DNA from: a bacterium | GTDB lineage: Bacteria; UBA10199; 2-02-FULL-44-16; DYJF01 | Direction of reading: 5' to 3' | DNA: 36,687 nucleotides | NCBI GenBank assembly: GCA_041739675.1 | Contig: JBGSNL010000011.1 | Coordinates: 1 to 36,687 of the forward strand | Shown here: positions 9,058 to 18,704 of the stretch, in pieces | How the letters are laid out: every line of letters begins with the position of its first letter | How positions within the stretch are numbered: the stretch's first letter is position 1 | The notes under the pieces: generated by a model | What the model was told of the DNA's origin: nothing | Seen by the model: only the letters and a program-made list of their open reading frames with translations | Database searches by the model: none | Translations under genes and position numbers: made by a program

Positions 9058-10260
9058 ATGGCTTATTACAGCCTCAGGCATGCAGACGAAACTGCGCACG
9101 CGGTTCAAACCTACCTCAGCGGTCAGTCGCGTTTGAGCGAGCCGCCAAGGGACTATGTCATTAAATTGGCTCAGAAGTATGAAGAGGTGTGCCGCGATAA
9201 CATAGGAGCGCAATCGGGTACGGACGGCCACGTAATGATTGGAGATCGAGAGGCCGAGAGCAGACTGGTGCGGACCCTGCAATCGTTTCTGCCGTTTCAA
9301 TTTTTCATGTCCTCCGATGCGCTCGCCTCGTCATTCGGTTCCCATCTGAACGGCGGCGAAAAATGTCCGGACGGCACGCCGGCCAACACGGCATATATCA
9401 ATGCCCGGATGGGGTCGATTCTGATCCCTGGATATCAGCATGAACTCGATATCCTCACTTTTGCCGTTTCTTCACGCACGACCTCGGACAGCGCAGAAGA
9501 ACGCACTAATGTCGAATGGGGAGATATTTTTGATGAGATGGTGAAAGAGGAGGGACTTTCATCTCAAAATCTCAATTCCGATCCGCAACTTCTAAAAAAT
9601 GTGAAAGAGATCATGGAAAAAGTGGTCGCCGGACTGAATGGACGAATATTCACGGGCGAGGAACTGTTGACGTATCAGCTGCTTCTCAATGTGATCCAGG
9701 ATCACGCGCGGCAGCGCACCGGCTACAAACTCTTGAGCCTGATCGAGATGAAAAACGGCGGGCCCGTCTTGCCGGTAGGCCTGAAGGATCTGATCTATGC
9801 GGCGGACGGCGCAGAGGTCCCGCCTTTACTCGAATCGATATTCAAGATGATCTCTGCAATAGACGACGTTCCCGGCGATCTTGTAAGGACGCTTTTAAAA
9901 AGAAGTTCGGTGCAACCTTTGGGCGCGGCGCGCCGATTCATTATAGAAAAGGCGACCGCACTTCTTGCGGAATCAAAAATCGAGCTTGCCGAGAAGCTCG
10001 GCAGATTGCTGGACGATCCCACGGAGCTTCAGTACATGGATGCGGCCCGGAGCGGGCCGGAATATTGGAAACAACTCATTGTTCGAAAGAAGGCATCCGG
10101 CGGCGGCGCGGGCGGCCAGTATCCATACCGTTATATGCATTGGCCACGGTATGCCGGATCCGCATGGCGGCGATTCAACGCCTGGCCTAACATTACGCGG
10201 CAGCATCCGGTGTGGATGTCGGGAGCGCGGACCATGAGGGGTGTTTTTACAGCATGGTAG
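9058..10260 (+). CDS. Hypothetical helical protein (paralog of 10277-12007)
   Basis: Long ORF with no recognisable family; shares several motifs with the next gene. An alternative GTG start lies at 9037. Confidence 0.7.
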   Translation: MAYYSLRHADETAHAVQTYLSGQSRLSEPPRDYVIKLAQKYEEVCRDNIGAQSGTDGHVMIGDREAESRLVRTLQSFLPFQFFMSSDALASSFGSHLNGGEKCPDGTPANTAYINARMGSILIPGYQHELDILTFAVSSRTTSDSAEERTNVEWGDIFDEMVKEEGLSSQNLNSDPQLLKNVKEIMEKVVAGLNGRIFTGEELLTYQLLLNVIQDHARQRTGYKLLSLIEMKNGGPVLPVGLKDLIYAADGAEVPPLLESIFKMISAIDDVPGDLVRTLLKRSSVQPLGAARRFIIEKATALLAESKIELAEKLGRLLDDPTELQYMDAARSGPEYWKQLIVRKKASGGGAGGQYPYRYMHWPRYAGSAWRRFNAWPNITRQHPVWMSGARTMRGVFTAW

Positions 10261-10276
10261 AGGGTGAATAAAAGAT

Positions 10277-12007
10277 ATGCCGGCATACGATTCGATCAAC
10301 AATCTTCTTGCCTCTTTGCAGATACCTCATACTGCGACGCAGGTTCATGACATAGACACAAGGCTTCTGGGCAAATACGAGATGATTTGCCAGGAGAGCA
10401 TAAGCACCGTTGACGGCGCCAATGATCGCTATACAGGAACGGTCGACAGGTTTCTTACGAAGGAAAGCAGCTTGCTTCAAAATGCAAGATGGGTGGGTAC
10501 GGATCTCATCGTCGATCTTTTCGCGAACTCCCTCAACGGTGGAAAGGGCTGCCCGCCAGGATCTCCGCCAGAAGTGAGGTCGTCGCTCAGACACGATTTC
10601 AGCAGCCTGGGCCTCGTCATGGAATTTCAGTCCCGAATGGGCGCGGCCAGACATTCGGATGTCGCTCTAGCGCAATATTATCATATATCGTCCGTGCAGG
10701 CTCACAGTGTCGCGAAAAAGCTCGATGACGGTTTTTTTGTGAGCAGAAATGAAATTGAAGCGCTGAAAATCATAAGAGACCTCTCTTACGATACTCATCG
10801 GTCATCTGTGGGTTCGCGGCTTATGAACATGATCTCATGGGGCGATCTTGGGCAGCCTCTTTATCCCGCGGGATTCGGCGAACTGGTCGTGGGAGTGAGA
10901 GAGCATATCGGAGACATCGGGGACTGGAGGTATTTTCTGAAATTCATTCTCGGAAAACTCTCCAGAGGCACGGAAATCGAGGCGGTCGACTGGCAATGGG
11001 AGACCGCCGTCATCGTGAAGGTGAACGAAACCGTGACCGGAACGAAGGATGAGAAAACAATTCAAAAGACGCCGTTAATCAGGTCGCTTGTAGCGTTGCT
11101 CGACGCCGGCCTGCATAAACTGACGGCGGAGTTTCTCCGGATGATCGATGCCTGGGAATGGGACGCCGATCCTACAATCAACGTCCTTCTTCACATCGCA
11201 GCCTCGCAACCTCTTGATGCGGTACGGAAAGAGCTTGTTGGAACGGCCATTGGCATGATTGACGGAGACTCCTTTTTCGAGGGAGGGGAATTTCGGCTTC
11301 CGAGCAGAATAGCGGCTTTTCTTGTATATCCGCAAGTTAGCGAGGAGATCGAAGTGGGGCTTTCCAGGTTTTTGACGAAGGTGCTGGAAGATTCGAAAAA
11401 AGGCGACTTTCTGGGCGAAGATCAGGGGATCGATCTTGCGCTTGCGTTTGTTGAATCGCTGAGAAAATTGTACGCATCGCTCGCGGTTCATAACGTGCCC
11501 CACGAATGGAAGAATCTTGTATCCGAGTCGATCGCTTTCCGTCTTCTGGAAAATGCGCTCGGACGGGAGCTGAACAGGGCCTCGATAGGGCTTTTCCGCA
11601 TGGCTCTTGAAAAAGCCTCCGGGCTCTATTGGGACGAGATGGGAGATGCTGAACAGTATATAGCTCCGCTCATCGATCCGCTTGAAAGAGAATTTCTGGA
11701 TGCGACGACACTTGAGTGGGAAGATTATCTGGACGATTACAATAGACGGCACCGGAAGGGCGGAGGCGGCACAGGCGGATTGGGCGGCACGGTTAGCGGG
11801 ATGGTAGATCCGGAAGACACGGGAGAAATTAGCGGAGGCCTATTCTCGGCTCACTATTCCGCGCAATTGTATTATCAAAATCCCCGTGTGAACTCCAGGC
11901 AACGGACGCAAACTTTAAGGCAGCGCTCCCGCTCTCCGTCGATTGTGAACAGCATGAGAATTTTTTATGGAGTTCCCGCCAACGCCCGGAATGTTCTTTT
12001 CCACTGA
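10277..12007 (+). CDS. Hypothetical helical protein (paralog of 9058-10260)
   Basis: 576-aa ORF with LNGG..CP.G.P, QPL.A.R and DP.E....DA motifs and a Gly-rich linker before a basic tail. Confidence 0.7.
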   Translation: MPAYDSINNLLASLQIPHTATQVHDIDTRLLGKYEMICQESISTVDGANDRYTGTVDRFLTKESSLLQNARWVGTDLIVDLFANSLNGGKGCPPGSPPEVRSSLRHDFSSLGLVMEFQSRMGAARHSDVALAQYYHISSVQAHSVAKKLDDGFFVSRNEIEALKIIRDLSYDTHRSSVGSRLMNMISWGDLGQPLYPAGFGELVVGVREHIGDIGDWRYFLKFILGKLSRGTEIEAVDWQWETAVIVKVNETVTGTKDEKTIQKTPLIRSLVALLDAGLHKLTAEFLRMIDAWEWDADPTINVLLHIAASQPLDAVRKELVGTAIGMIDGDSFFEGGEFRLPSRIAAFLVYPQVSEEIEVGLSRFLTKVLEDSKKGDFLGEDQGIDLALAFVESLRKLYASLAVHNVPHEWKNLVSESIAFRLLENALGRELNRASIGLFRMALEKASGLYWDEMGDAEQYIAPLIDPLEREFLDATTLEWEDYLDDYNRRHRKGGGGTGGLGGTVSGMVDPEDTGEISGGLFSAHYSAQLYYQNPRVNSRQRTQTLRQRSRSPSIVNSMRIFYGVPANARNVLFH

Positions 12008-12033
12008 CGACTACCAAAAAGTACCCATGAAAT

Positions 12034-12059
12034 AAAAAAAGACCCTTTTGGGTCTTTTT
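12034..12059. terminator. Bidirectional intrinsic terminator
   Basis: AAAAAGACCC-TTTT-GGGTCTTTTT lies between convergent transcription units. Confidence 0.75.
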
Positions 12060-12063
12060 CTTT

Positions 12064-12290
12064 TGGCGGAGAGGGCGGGATTGCTCGCGCACTCAATGCA
12101 AGCAGGACCTGGCGGGATTCTCCGCGCTCGCGCGCGGAGCGTCGTAAGGAAAGTGCCTTGCCACCACCCTTCGACTCACTCCGCTCGCTCAGGGCGGTGC
12201 CGGCTCGGCACATATCACAGATGCGGAGCTCGGCTTCGCCTCACTCCGCTTGCGTCGTCGAACCCGCGCGGGTTCTCAGCCACCACGTCA
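12064..12290 (-). repeat. tRNA-linked repeat: copy of the tRNA-Ser(GGA) 3' end split in the T-loop by a 176-bp structured insert
   Basis: 12064-12082 is identical to 12328-12346 and 12258-12268 is identical to 12346-12356. The intervening sequence carries several GC-rich hairpins. Confidence 0.8.
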
Positions 12291-12291
12291 T

Positions 12292-12322
12292 AAAAAGAAA
12301 AGGGGTCATGAAGACCCCCTTT
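12292..12322 (-). terminator. Rho-independent terminator after tRNA-Ser(GGA)
   Basis: Minus strand reads GGGGTC-TTCAT-GACCCC-TTTTCTTTTT. Confidence 0.75.
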
Positions 12323-12326
12323 ATTT

Positions 12327-12417
<91 letters not shown>

Positions 12418-12541
12418 AAAACGCCGATTTGGGCGCAATACTTAGCCATAAGTGACCTCAATGTCGAGGGCGAAATTGAGCGAATATTTTCGTTGCTGGC
12501 CGCCTCCAAAAGAATATATAAAGCCATACTTTGTGGAAATC

Positions 12542-12630
12542 GGAGAGGTGGCTGAGCGGCCGAAAGCGGCAGACTCGAAATCTGTTGTCCGCCTTTTGGT
12601 GGACCGTGGGTTCGAATCCCACCCTCTCCG
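12542..12630 (+). tRNA. tRNA-Ser (anticodon CGA), CCA not encoded
   Basis: GGAGAGG...CCTCTCC-G acceptor, GCAGA-CTCGAAA-TCTGT anticodon arm, long variable arm, GGTTCGAATCC; followed by CAT-ATG. Confidence 0.95.
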
Positions 12631-12633
12631 CAT

Positions 12634-14268
12634 ATGAGCTACCAAGTAATCGCCAGGAAATACAGGCCCCAGCGTTTTGATGAGGTCGTGGGACAGGAGC
12701 ACATCACCAAGACCTTGAAAAACGCCATCGATTCCAAGCGCGTCCATCATGCGTATCTGTTCACCGGCGCGCGCGGTATAGGTAAGACCACGGTTGCGCG
12801 AATTTTGGCCAAGGCGCTCAATTGCGAGAAGGGGCCGGTGGCTGAGCCCTGCGGAAAGTGCCCGGCGTGCATGGAAATCACATCCGGCTCGTCGCTCGAC
12901 GTTCAGGAAATCGACGGCGCGTCCAACACTGGCGTGGACGACGTCCGCGAGATCAGGGACCGCACGAAATACATGCCGGCGGGCGGACGCTACAAAATAT
13001 ATATAATAGATGAAGTCCACATGCTCTCCACGGCGGCGTTCAACGCGCTTTTGAAGACGCTTGAGGAGCCGCCGCCGCACGTCATCTTCATCTTTGCGAC
13101 CACCGAATCGCATAAGATCCCCGCAACTATTCTTTCGCGCTGCCAGCGCTACGATTTCAGGCGGATCCCGGTTTCAAAGATTTCAGAAACGCTTTCGAAG
13201 ATCGCCGCCGACGAAGGGATCACGATAGACAATGAATCGCTTTCGCTCATCGCCCACGAGGCGACGGGCTCCATGCGCGACGCCCAGTCGCTTCTGGATC
13301 AGGCGATAGCTTTTTCGGGAAATAAAGTGGGCACGGCGGAGATCAAGGCGATGTTGGGTTTTCTGGACCGCAAGATGCTCTTCGATCTTCTTGAAGCGGT
13401 CTTTGCAAAGGACACGAAAAAAGCCCTTTCGCTTTTGGGTGAAGTCTTTGAAATGGGCGCGGATCTTTCCAGATTCGCTATGGATTTTCTTGCGTGTCTG
13501 CGTCATGTCATGGTGATCAAAGAATGCGGGTTCGAGAAAAATCTTTTGGATCTGCCGCAGGATGAGGCCGACATTTTGAACCGTCTCGCTTCAGGGGCCG
13601 AATCGACGGAGATCAATCAGATGTTTCAGATCTGGTATCAGGCGGCGGACGGTATTTCAAAGTCGCCGTTTCCCAAGATGCTTCTGGAGGTCCTTCTCAT
13701 GAGGCTTGCGCGCGTGGAACCGGTGAGGCCCATTGCGGAGCTGATTGAGGAGATCGAAGCTCTGGCCAAGGGGTGCGAGTCACGAGATCAGAAGCCAGAA
13801 GTCAGAAGTCAGAATACAGAAGCCAGAAGCCAGAAGCCGGAAGAAGGCGCGAATTGGGACGGCTTCATGAAATGGCTCACGGTGAACCGGCCGCAGATCG
13901 CTTCGATATTCCAGCACGGAACCCTGGGTGCTCTCTCAAACGACGTTGTTGAAGTCAATTTTGATAGCCCGTTTTACGCTGACATGCTTCTTGAGGCGGA
14001 CAGAAAAACGCAGATCGAAGAGCTCATGAAGACATTTTTCAAGAAGAAGATGCGGCTCGATGTCAGAAAAGTGGAAGCCGTGAAGGCGGCCAATGACAAG
14101 GCGCCGGGGAAAGAGGCGCTGCCCGCCCAATCGGCCGGCAAGGCGGCCGTGCAGGAGAGAAAGAAGGCCCTGACAAAAGAGGCGCTTGAAACGGAGATCG
14201 TGAAAGAGGCGGCGGAGATATTAAACGCCAGAATCCACGACGTTCGCGTCGGCGAAGACGAAAAATAA
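12634..14268 (+). CDS. dnaX: DNA polymerase III subunit gamma/tau
   Basis: [13 protein letters not shown], Walker A GARGIGKT, zinc module (C..PCGKCPAC), EIDGASN, DEVH, SRC. Confidence 0.97.
   Translation: MSYQVIARKYRPQRFDEVVGQEHITKTLKNAIDSKRVHHAYLFTGARGIGKTTVARILAKALNCEKGPVAEPCGKCPACMEITSGSSLDVQEIDGASNTGVDDVREIRDRTKYMPAGGRYKIYIIDEVHMLSTAAFNALLKTLEEPPPHVIFIFATTESHKIPATILSRCQRYDFRRIPVSKISETLSKIAADEGITIDNESLSLIAHEATGSMRDAQSLLDQAIAFSGNKVGTAEIKAMLGFLDRKMLFDLLEAVFAKDTKKALSLLGEVFEMGADLSRFAMDFLACLRHVMVIKECGFEKNLLDLPQDEADILNRLASGAESTEINQMFQIWYQAADGISKSPFPKMLLEVLLMRLARVEPVRPIAELIEEIEALAKGCESRDQKPEVRSQNTEARSQKPEEGANWDGFMKWLTVNRPQIASIFQHGTLGALSNDVVEVNFDSPFYADMLLEADRKTQIEELMKTFFKKKMRLDVRKVEAVKAANDKAPGKEALPAQSAGKAAVQERKKALTKEALETEIVKEAAEILNARIHDVRVGEDEK
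13789..13844 (+). repeat. Imperfect 7-bp tandem repeat (CAGAAGY) inside dnaX
   Basis: CAGAAGC CAGAAGT CAGAAGT CAGAATA CAGAAGC CAGAAGC CAGAAGC CGGAAGA. Confidence 0.9.
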
Positions 14269-14858
14269 TGAGCGTTACGATAAATAATCTGATTCGCGAG
14301 CTTTCAAAACTTCCGGGTGTCGGCGAAAAGACGGCGACAAGGCTCGCTTTTTTCATCCTGAAACAGCCTCCCCAATATGCGAAAGAACTCGCGAAGGCGC
14401 TCCTTGATCTGAAGGAAAACGTGAAGCTCTGCTCGGTCTGCCTGAATCTCACCGACAGGGACCCGTGCGAGATTTGCAGCGACCCCAACCGCGACGGCTC
14501 GACCATCTGCGTGGTGGAGGATCCGTCGGATGTGCTCGCGGTCGAGAAGATACGCCAGTACCGCGGGAAATATCACATACTCCACGGGACGATAAGCCCG
14601 CTCGACGGTGTCGGCCCCGACGATATAAAAATCAGGGAACTTTTGAAGCGCATCAAGAATTCCAAAATAAAAGAAGTGATCGTCGCCACGAACGCAAGTG
14701 TGGAAGGGGAGACGACAGCGCTTTATCTTTCCAAAATATTGAAGCCGTTGGGAGTCGCGCTCACAAGGCTTGCGTCCGGGATCCCCATCGGGAGCGATCT
14801 TGAATACATAGACGCGTCCACTTTGAGCCGCGCGTTTGAAGCGAGGAGACAGCTATGA
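14268..14858 (+). CDS. recR: Recombination mediator RecR
   Basis: [13 protein letters not shown] HhH motif, C4 zinc finger CSVC..PCEIC, Toprim domain ([28 protein letters not shown]). Confidence 0.97.
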   Translation: MSVTINNLIRELSKLPGVGEKTATRLAFFILKQPPQYAKELAKALLDLKENVKLCSVCLNLTDRDPCEICSDPNRDGSTICVVEDPSDVLAVEKIRQYRGKYHILHGTISPLDGVGPDDIKIRELLKRIKNSKIKEVIVATNASVEGETTALYLSKILKPLGVALTRLASGIPIGSDLEYIDASTLSRAFEARRQL

Positions 14859-15343
14859 ATCTTGATTTCATCTACAAGAGAAGAAGTATTAGAAAGTTCA
14901 AATCAGATCCCGTTTCCGATGAGCTCATCACGGAGCTCATGAAGGCCGCGATGGCGGCCCCTTCCGGGAGAAACCACCAGCCGTGGGAATTCATAGTCAT
15001 CAAGAATGAGCAGAAGAGAATTGAAATAACAAAACATCATGCGAACGCGCAGATGGCGAAAGATTCGCCCGTGGTTATCGCAGTCCTTGGGAAAAAAGAC
15101 GAGAAGTGGCACATCCACGATTGCGCTGCCGCCACGGAGAATATTCTCCTCGCTGCGGCGAATCTTGGGCTGGGCGCGGTCTGGTGCGGAATGGACGAAG
15201 AAAGACAGCCCGGGATCAAAAAACTTTTGAATGTCCCGGACGGCTACTGGGTCTTCAGCCTCATACCGCTCGGATATCCCAACGAGCAGCCGGCGCCGAG
15301 ATCGAATTTCAAGCCGGAAAAAGTTCATTACGACAAGTTCTGA
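14855..15343 (+). CDS. Nitroreductase family protein
   Basis: [33 protein letters not shown]. Confidence 0.9.
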   Translation: MNLDFIYKRRSIRKFKSDPVSDELITELMKAAMAAPSGRNHQPWEFIVIKNEQKRIEITKHHANAQMAKDSPVVIAVLGKKDEKWHIHDCAAATENILLAAANLGLGAVWCGMDEERQPGIKKLLNVPDGYWVFSLIPLGYPNEQPAPRSNFKPEKVHYDKF

Positions 15344-15344
15344 T

Positions 15345-16886
15345 ATGAAACTTCTTCTCATAGTTCCGCAGAAGAACAAGCGCGAGCGGGAGTTTTTCGA
15401 TTTCCGCTTCACCGCATCGTTCATAGGGATGCGCCGGGGTTTCTGGGGAGTTCCTCTGGCCATTCCGACCGTTGCCGCTCTCACTCCCCCAGATGTCGAT
15501 ATCAAAATAGTCGATGAAAACGTGGAGCCCGTGCCGTACGACTTCGACGCCGATCTTGTGGGCATAACGGTGATGACGCTTCAGGCGGCAAGTGCCTACA
15601 GGATCGCCGACGAATTCAGAAGGCGCGGCAAGAAAGTTATCCTGGGCGGCGTTCATGTCTCCATGCTCCCCGACGAGGCTTCGCTCCACGCCGATGCGGT
15701 TTTCATAGGCGAAGCGGAGCTGCGCTGGCAGGAGGTCATTGAGGACCTGAAAAGGGGAGAGCTCAAACAATTTTATCGCCCTTTGTCTGATGCGCCGCGG
15801 CCGGATATGGCGACGTCACCTGTTCCCCGCCGGGATCTTCTGAAGAACGACGCGTATGTCGCAAATCTCATGCAGACGTCGCGCGGTTGCCCCTTCGACT
15901 GCGATTTCTGCTCGGTTCAGGATTTTCTGGGCTCCAAGATGCGCTACAAAACTGCCGCGCAGGTGAAAGATGAAATAAAAAATATCTACAATGTTGCCGT
16001 TCACGACAATTACGTGAAGCAGCTTTTCATAACCGACGACAATCTTGTCGGTAATCGCGCCCGCATCCGCGAACTTTTGACCGAAGCGCTGATCCCCATG
16101 AATCGCGAGCATAATATCCGCGGCTGGACATGCCAGTGCTCGGTCAATGTCGCGAACGACGAGGAGATTCTGGCGCTGATGAGGGCCGCCGGCTGTCAGC
16201 ACATCTTCATCGGTTTTGAAACGGTTTCGAAGCGAAACCTCGTTCACCTAGGAAAAAACATCAACAAGGCGGCGAACTACAGTGAGGCGATAAAAAAGAT
16301 CAGAGCTCATGGGATAGACGTCATAGCGTCCTTCATCCTTGGAAACGACGGCGACGACACGTCATCTTTCAAAGAGCTCATTGATTTCATCGACGACAAC
16401 GCACTTCTCGATAACCTCATCAATATTCTGGTCCCGTTCCCCGGCACGAAACTCTTCAGACGCTTTGAGGCGGAAGGGCGCATTCTACACTATGACTGGA
16501 GCAAATACGATCTTGGACACGTCGTCTTCAGACCCAAGCTCATGACCCCGCGCGATCTGGAAGAGGGCTACGTTTTTGTGCACGAAGAAGTATATAAACT
16601 TGGAAGACTGCACAAGAAGCTCAGGCACCACATCTGGAAGCCGGGCAAAAATTCCCTTTCAACAAAGTTCAGGCTGAAATTCACGGCGCGAATGCTTTCA
16701 TATTTGTCGCTCACGGACTGGGACAGGACGTCGTTCATCTTCCGCACGATTCCCGATATCTTCAACTCCAATCTCGACATGCAGGTCTCGAACATCGTGA
16801 ACTGCATGGACCATCAGGATTTTGCAAGGCGCTTGAGAAAGCAGCGCGGCCTTCGCGCGAAGGAGCTCAAGAACCATTGGGCCTGA
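15345..16886 (+). CDS. B12-binding domain radical SAM protein
   Basis: Cobalamin-binding N-terminus (DLVGIT, VILGGVH, IGEAE), SRGCPFDCDFC, DDN, GFE, PFPGT. ATG at 15345 follows the upstream stop. Confidence 0.9.
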   Translation: MKLLLIVPQKNKREREFFDFRFTASFIGMRRGFWGVPLAIPTVAALTPPDVDIKIVDENVEPVPYDFDADLVGITVMTLQAASAYRIADEFRRRGKKVILGGVHVSMLPDEASLHADAVFIGEAELRWQEVIEDLKRGELKQFYRPLSDAPRPDMATSPVPRRDLLKNDAYVANLMQTSRGCPFDCDFCSVQDFLGSKMRYKTAAQVKDEIKNIYNVAVHDNYVKQLFITDDNLVGNRARIRELLTEALIPMNREHNIRGWTCQCSVNVANDEEILALMRAAGCQHIFIGFETVSKRNLVHLGKNINKAANYSEAIKKIRAHGIDVIASFILGNDGDDTSSFKELIDFIDDNALLDNLINILVPFPGTKLFRRFEAEGRILHYDWSKYDLGHVVFRPKLMTPRDLEEGYVFVHEEVYKLGRLHKKLRHHIWKPGKNSLSTKFRLKFTARMLSYLSLTDWDRTSFIFRTIPDIFNSNLDMQVSNIVNCMDHQDFARRLRKQRGLRAKELKNHWA

Positions 16887-17676
16887 AAAGCTCCGCCTTG
16901 AAGAGATGTATTTGCCCCTCGTTTTTTCGCTTTGTCTTTGTAAGAAGCTGGCCCAGCTCGTAATGGCATTCGGCAAACGTTGGTTTCAATTCAAGCGCGG
17001 CCTCGTAAGTCCTGATCGCCTCATCGGTTCTTCCCTCCTCTTCCATGACCTTGGCCATCACGAAACGCGCATCCGCAGACTGGGGATTTAAGCGGATGAT
17101 CTCGGCGATTTTTTTCTTTCTCTTGTGTATATTCTCTTCGCTGTTCAGCCTCATTAGGCCCTTTTCGGCAAGGACCTCCTCTATTATCTGTTTCAACTCG
17201 GGCTCGTCAGTATCGGCAGGTCCGGACTCGCTTTCAAGAGAGAGCATGACCTTCGCCGCGGAAAAGGCGCGCGCATGATCGGGGTTGAGCGAGATGAATT
17301 CGTCAAAATGTTTGAGCGCGCCTTTTTTGTCGCCGGTTTTGAAAGCAAGTATCATCGCAAGATTGTAATGGGCCTTGCTGTTGTTTTCATCATATTTCAA
17401 AAGCGTTTCGTAATCTTCGACGGCTTTATTGTAATGCTCAAGCTTCTGGTAGGCCAGCGCGCGCAGATATCTCGCCTCGCTGTTTTTGGGATCCATCTCG
17501 ATGAGCATTGTGAGGTCCGTAACGGCCTTCGGAGCGCTCCCGTGCAGAACGGAGGAACGGTTCTGGGCGATGTCATCGTCGAAGATATTTTTAAATTTGC
17601 CGCCGCCGGTGGTGGCACAACCCGAGACGGCAACGGCCGCAAAAATAAAACACAACGTTGTTCGTTTCAAAAACAT
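16867..17676 (-). CDS. TPR-repeat lipoprotein
   Basis: Lipobox VSGC; several TPR units (DPKNSEARYLRALAY, AHYNLA, AECHYELG). Confidence 0.85.
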   Translation of the reverse strand: MFLKRTTLCFIFAAVAVSGCATTGGGKFKNIFDDDIAQNRSSVLHGSAPKAVTDLTMLIEMDPKNSEARYLRALAYQKLEHYNKAVEDYETLLKYDENNSKAHYNLAMILAFKTGDKKGALKHFDEFISLNPDHARAFSAAKVMLSLESESGPADTDEPELKQIIEEVLAEKGLMRLNSEENIHKRKKKIAEIIRLNPQSADARFVMAKVMEEEGRTDEAIRTYEAALELKPTFAECHYELGQLLTKTKRKNEGQIHLFKAELFRPNGS

Positions 17677-17686
17677 TTCGGATCCC

Positions 17687-18700
17687 TTATTCCATCAAGG
17701 TGTAGCCTGTTTCATATGACTCCGCCGGAACACTCTCGCGCATTCTGGACTCTGCAAAGCGGACGATGTCGCCGACCTTTGGTTTGAACGCGCCCATTAT
17801 TTTCGCCTTCGTGTATTTCCTGTCCACGTAAACGGCCTCGGCCGAGCCCAGATCGCTCTCGACCAGACCTATCACCTGATTTGTCTCCGGATCTGTTAAA
17901 ACTTTTTTGACTGAACTTAGGCGGAACCTGTCGCCCTGAGCTATGGCATCCGCGCTTCCGGCATTGAAATAGACGATTCCGCCGTCCACTTCTATTACGC
18001 GGCCGAGCCATGTGTATTCTTCTGTCTGCTTGTCGATCACGCTCAAGATGAAGCCCACCGCATCTTCGATCGTGTTGCGCGTGGCCTTACCCAGAGGCGT
18101 CTTGTGAAACGCGTCGCCGCCGAACTCCATCACCTTGTAGTCGAATTTCACGCCGCCCGCTTTCTCCCAAGCCCTCCCTTGTGAATAATGCGAATGGAGA
18201 ATTTCGCCGGTTCTTGTATCGACGACGCGCATGTCGATACCTACCTGCGCGGCGTTGATCTCGCCGCCGAACTTCACTCCGAAGAGTTTCGCGCCCATGC
18301 CAGCGCCGATCTGGCGCTCCTCGAATTCGGTGACCTCTCCCACTATCATATAGTCCACGCCCAGAAGATGACCGGCCGGCATTCTCGTCATGGGTGTCAG
18401 AAGTCTTGATTCACCAAGCTCCTGTTCGATCAGGACCTTTGACAGGATCGCGCGTTCGACCACCACGACCCGCTCGGTTTTTATGAGCGCCGTCACGAGC
18501 TGGGCCGCGAGCCCGCCACCGATGTTCCATCCGCCGTAAACGGAGGCGAAGCGGTCAGTCGTTCCGAAGTTTGCCACCGCCACGCGCATCTTGGGGCCCT
18601 GCTTTGAAAGATTGCTAAGAGGCCCCTCCGCGAAAACATTTCCGGACCAGACAAGCGCTGCGATTACCGCAATCAATATGTGTGTCGCAAAATATCTCAT
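17687..18700 (-). CDS. CsgG/HfaB-family protein with FlgT-like C-terminal domain
   Basis: RVAVANF, LVTAL....VVVER..L..V..EQEL, GVDYMIVGEVTEF, DMRVVDTRTGEI. C-terminal GRVIEVDG..VYFNAG....GDRF...DPET. Sec signal peptide without a lipobox Cys. Confidence 0.85.
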   Translation of the reverse strand: MRYFATHILIAVIAALVWSGNVFAEGPLSNLSKQGPKMRVAVANFGTTDRFASVYGGWNIGGGLAAQLVTALIKTERVVVVERAILSKVLIEQELGESRLLTPMTRMPAGHLLGVDYMIVGEVTEFEERQIGAGMGAKLFGVKFGGEINAAQVGIDMRVVDTRTGEILHSHYSQGRAWEKAGGVKFDYKVMEFGGDAFHKTPLGKATRNTIEDAVGFILSVIDKQTEEYTWLGRVIEVDGGIVYFNAGSADAIAQGDRFRLSSVKKVLTDPETNQVIGLVESDLGSAEAVYVDRKYTKAKIMGAFKPKVGDIVRFAESRMRESVPAESYETGYTLME

Positions 18701-18704
18701 TTTC

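Noticed and set aside
9058..12082. Prophage or genomic island integrated at tRNA-Ser
   Set aside because: No integrase or phage genes are present. The duplicated tRNA end encloses only about 260 bp, and the orphan genes lie outside it.
13416..13423. AAAAAAG run in dnaX as a -1 frameshift site
   Set aside because: It is phased G-AAA-AAA-G rather than A-AAA-AAG and lies inside domain III, too early to give a functional gamma subunit.
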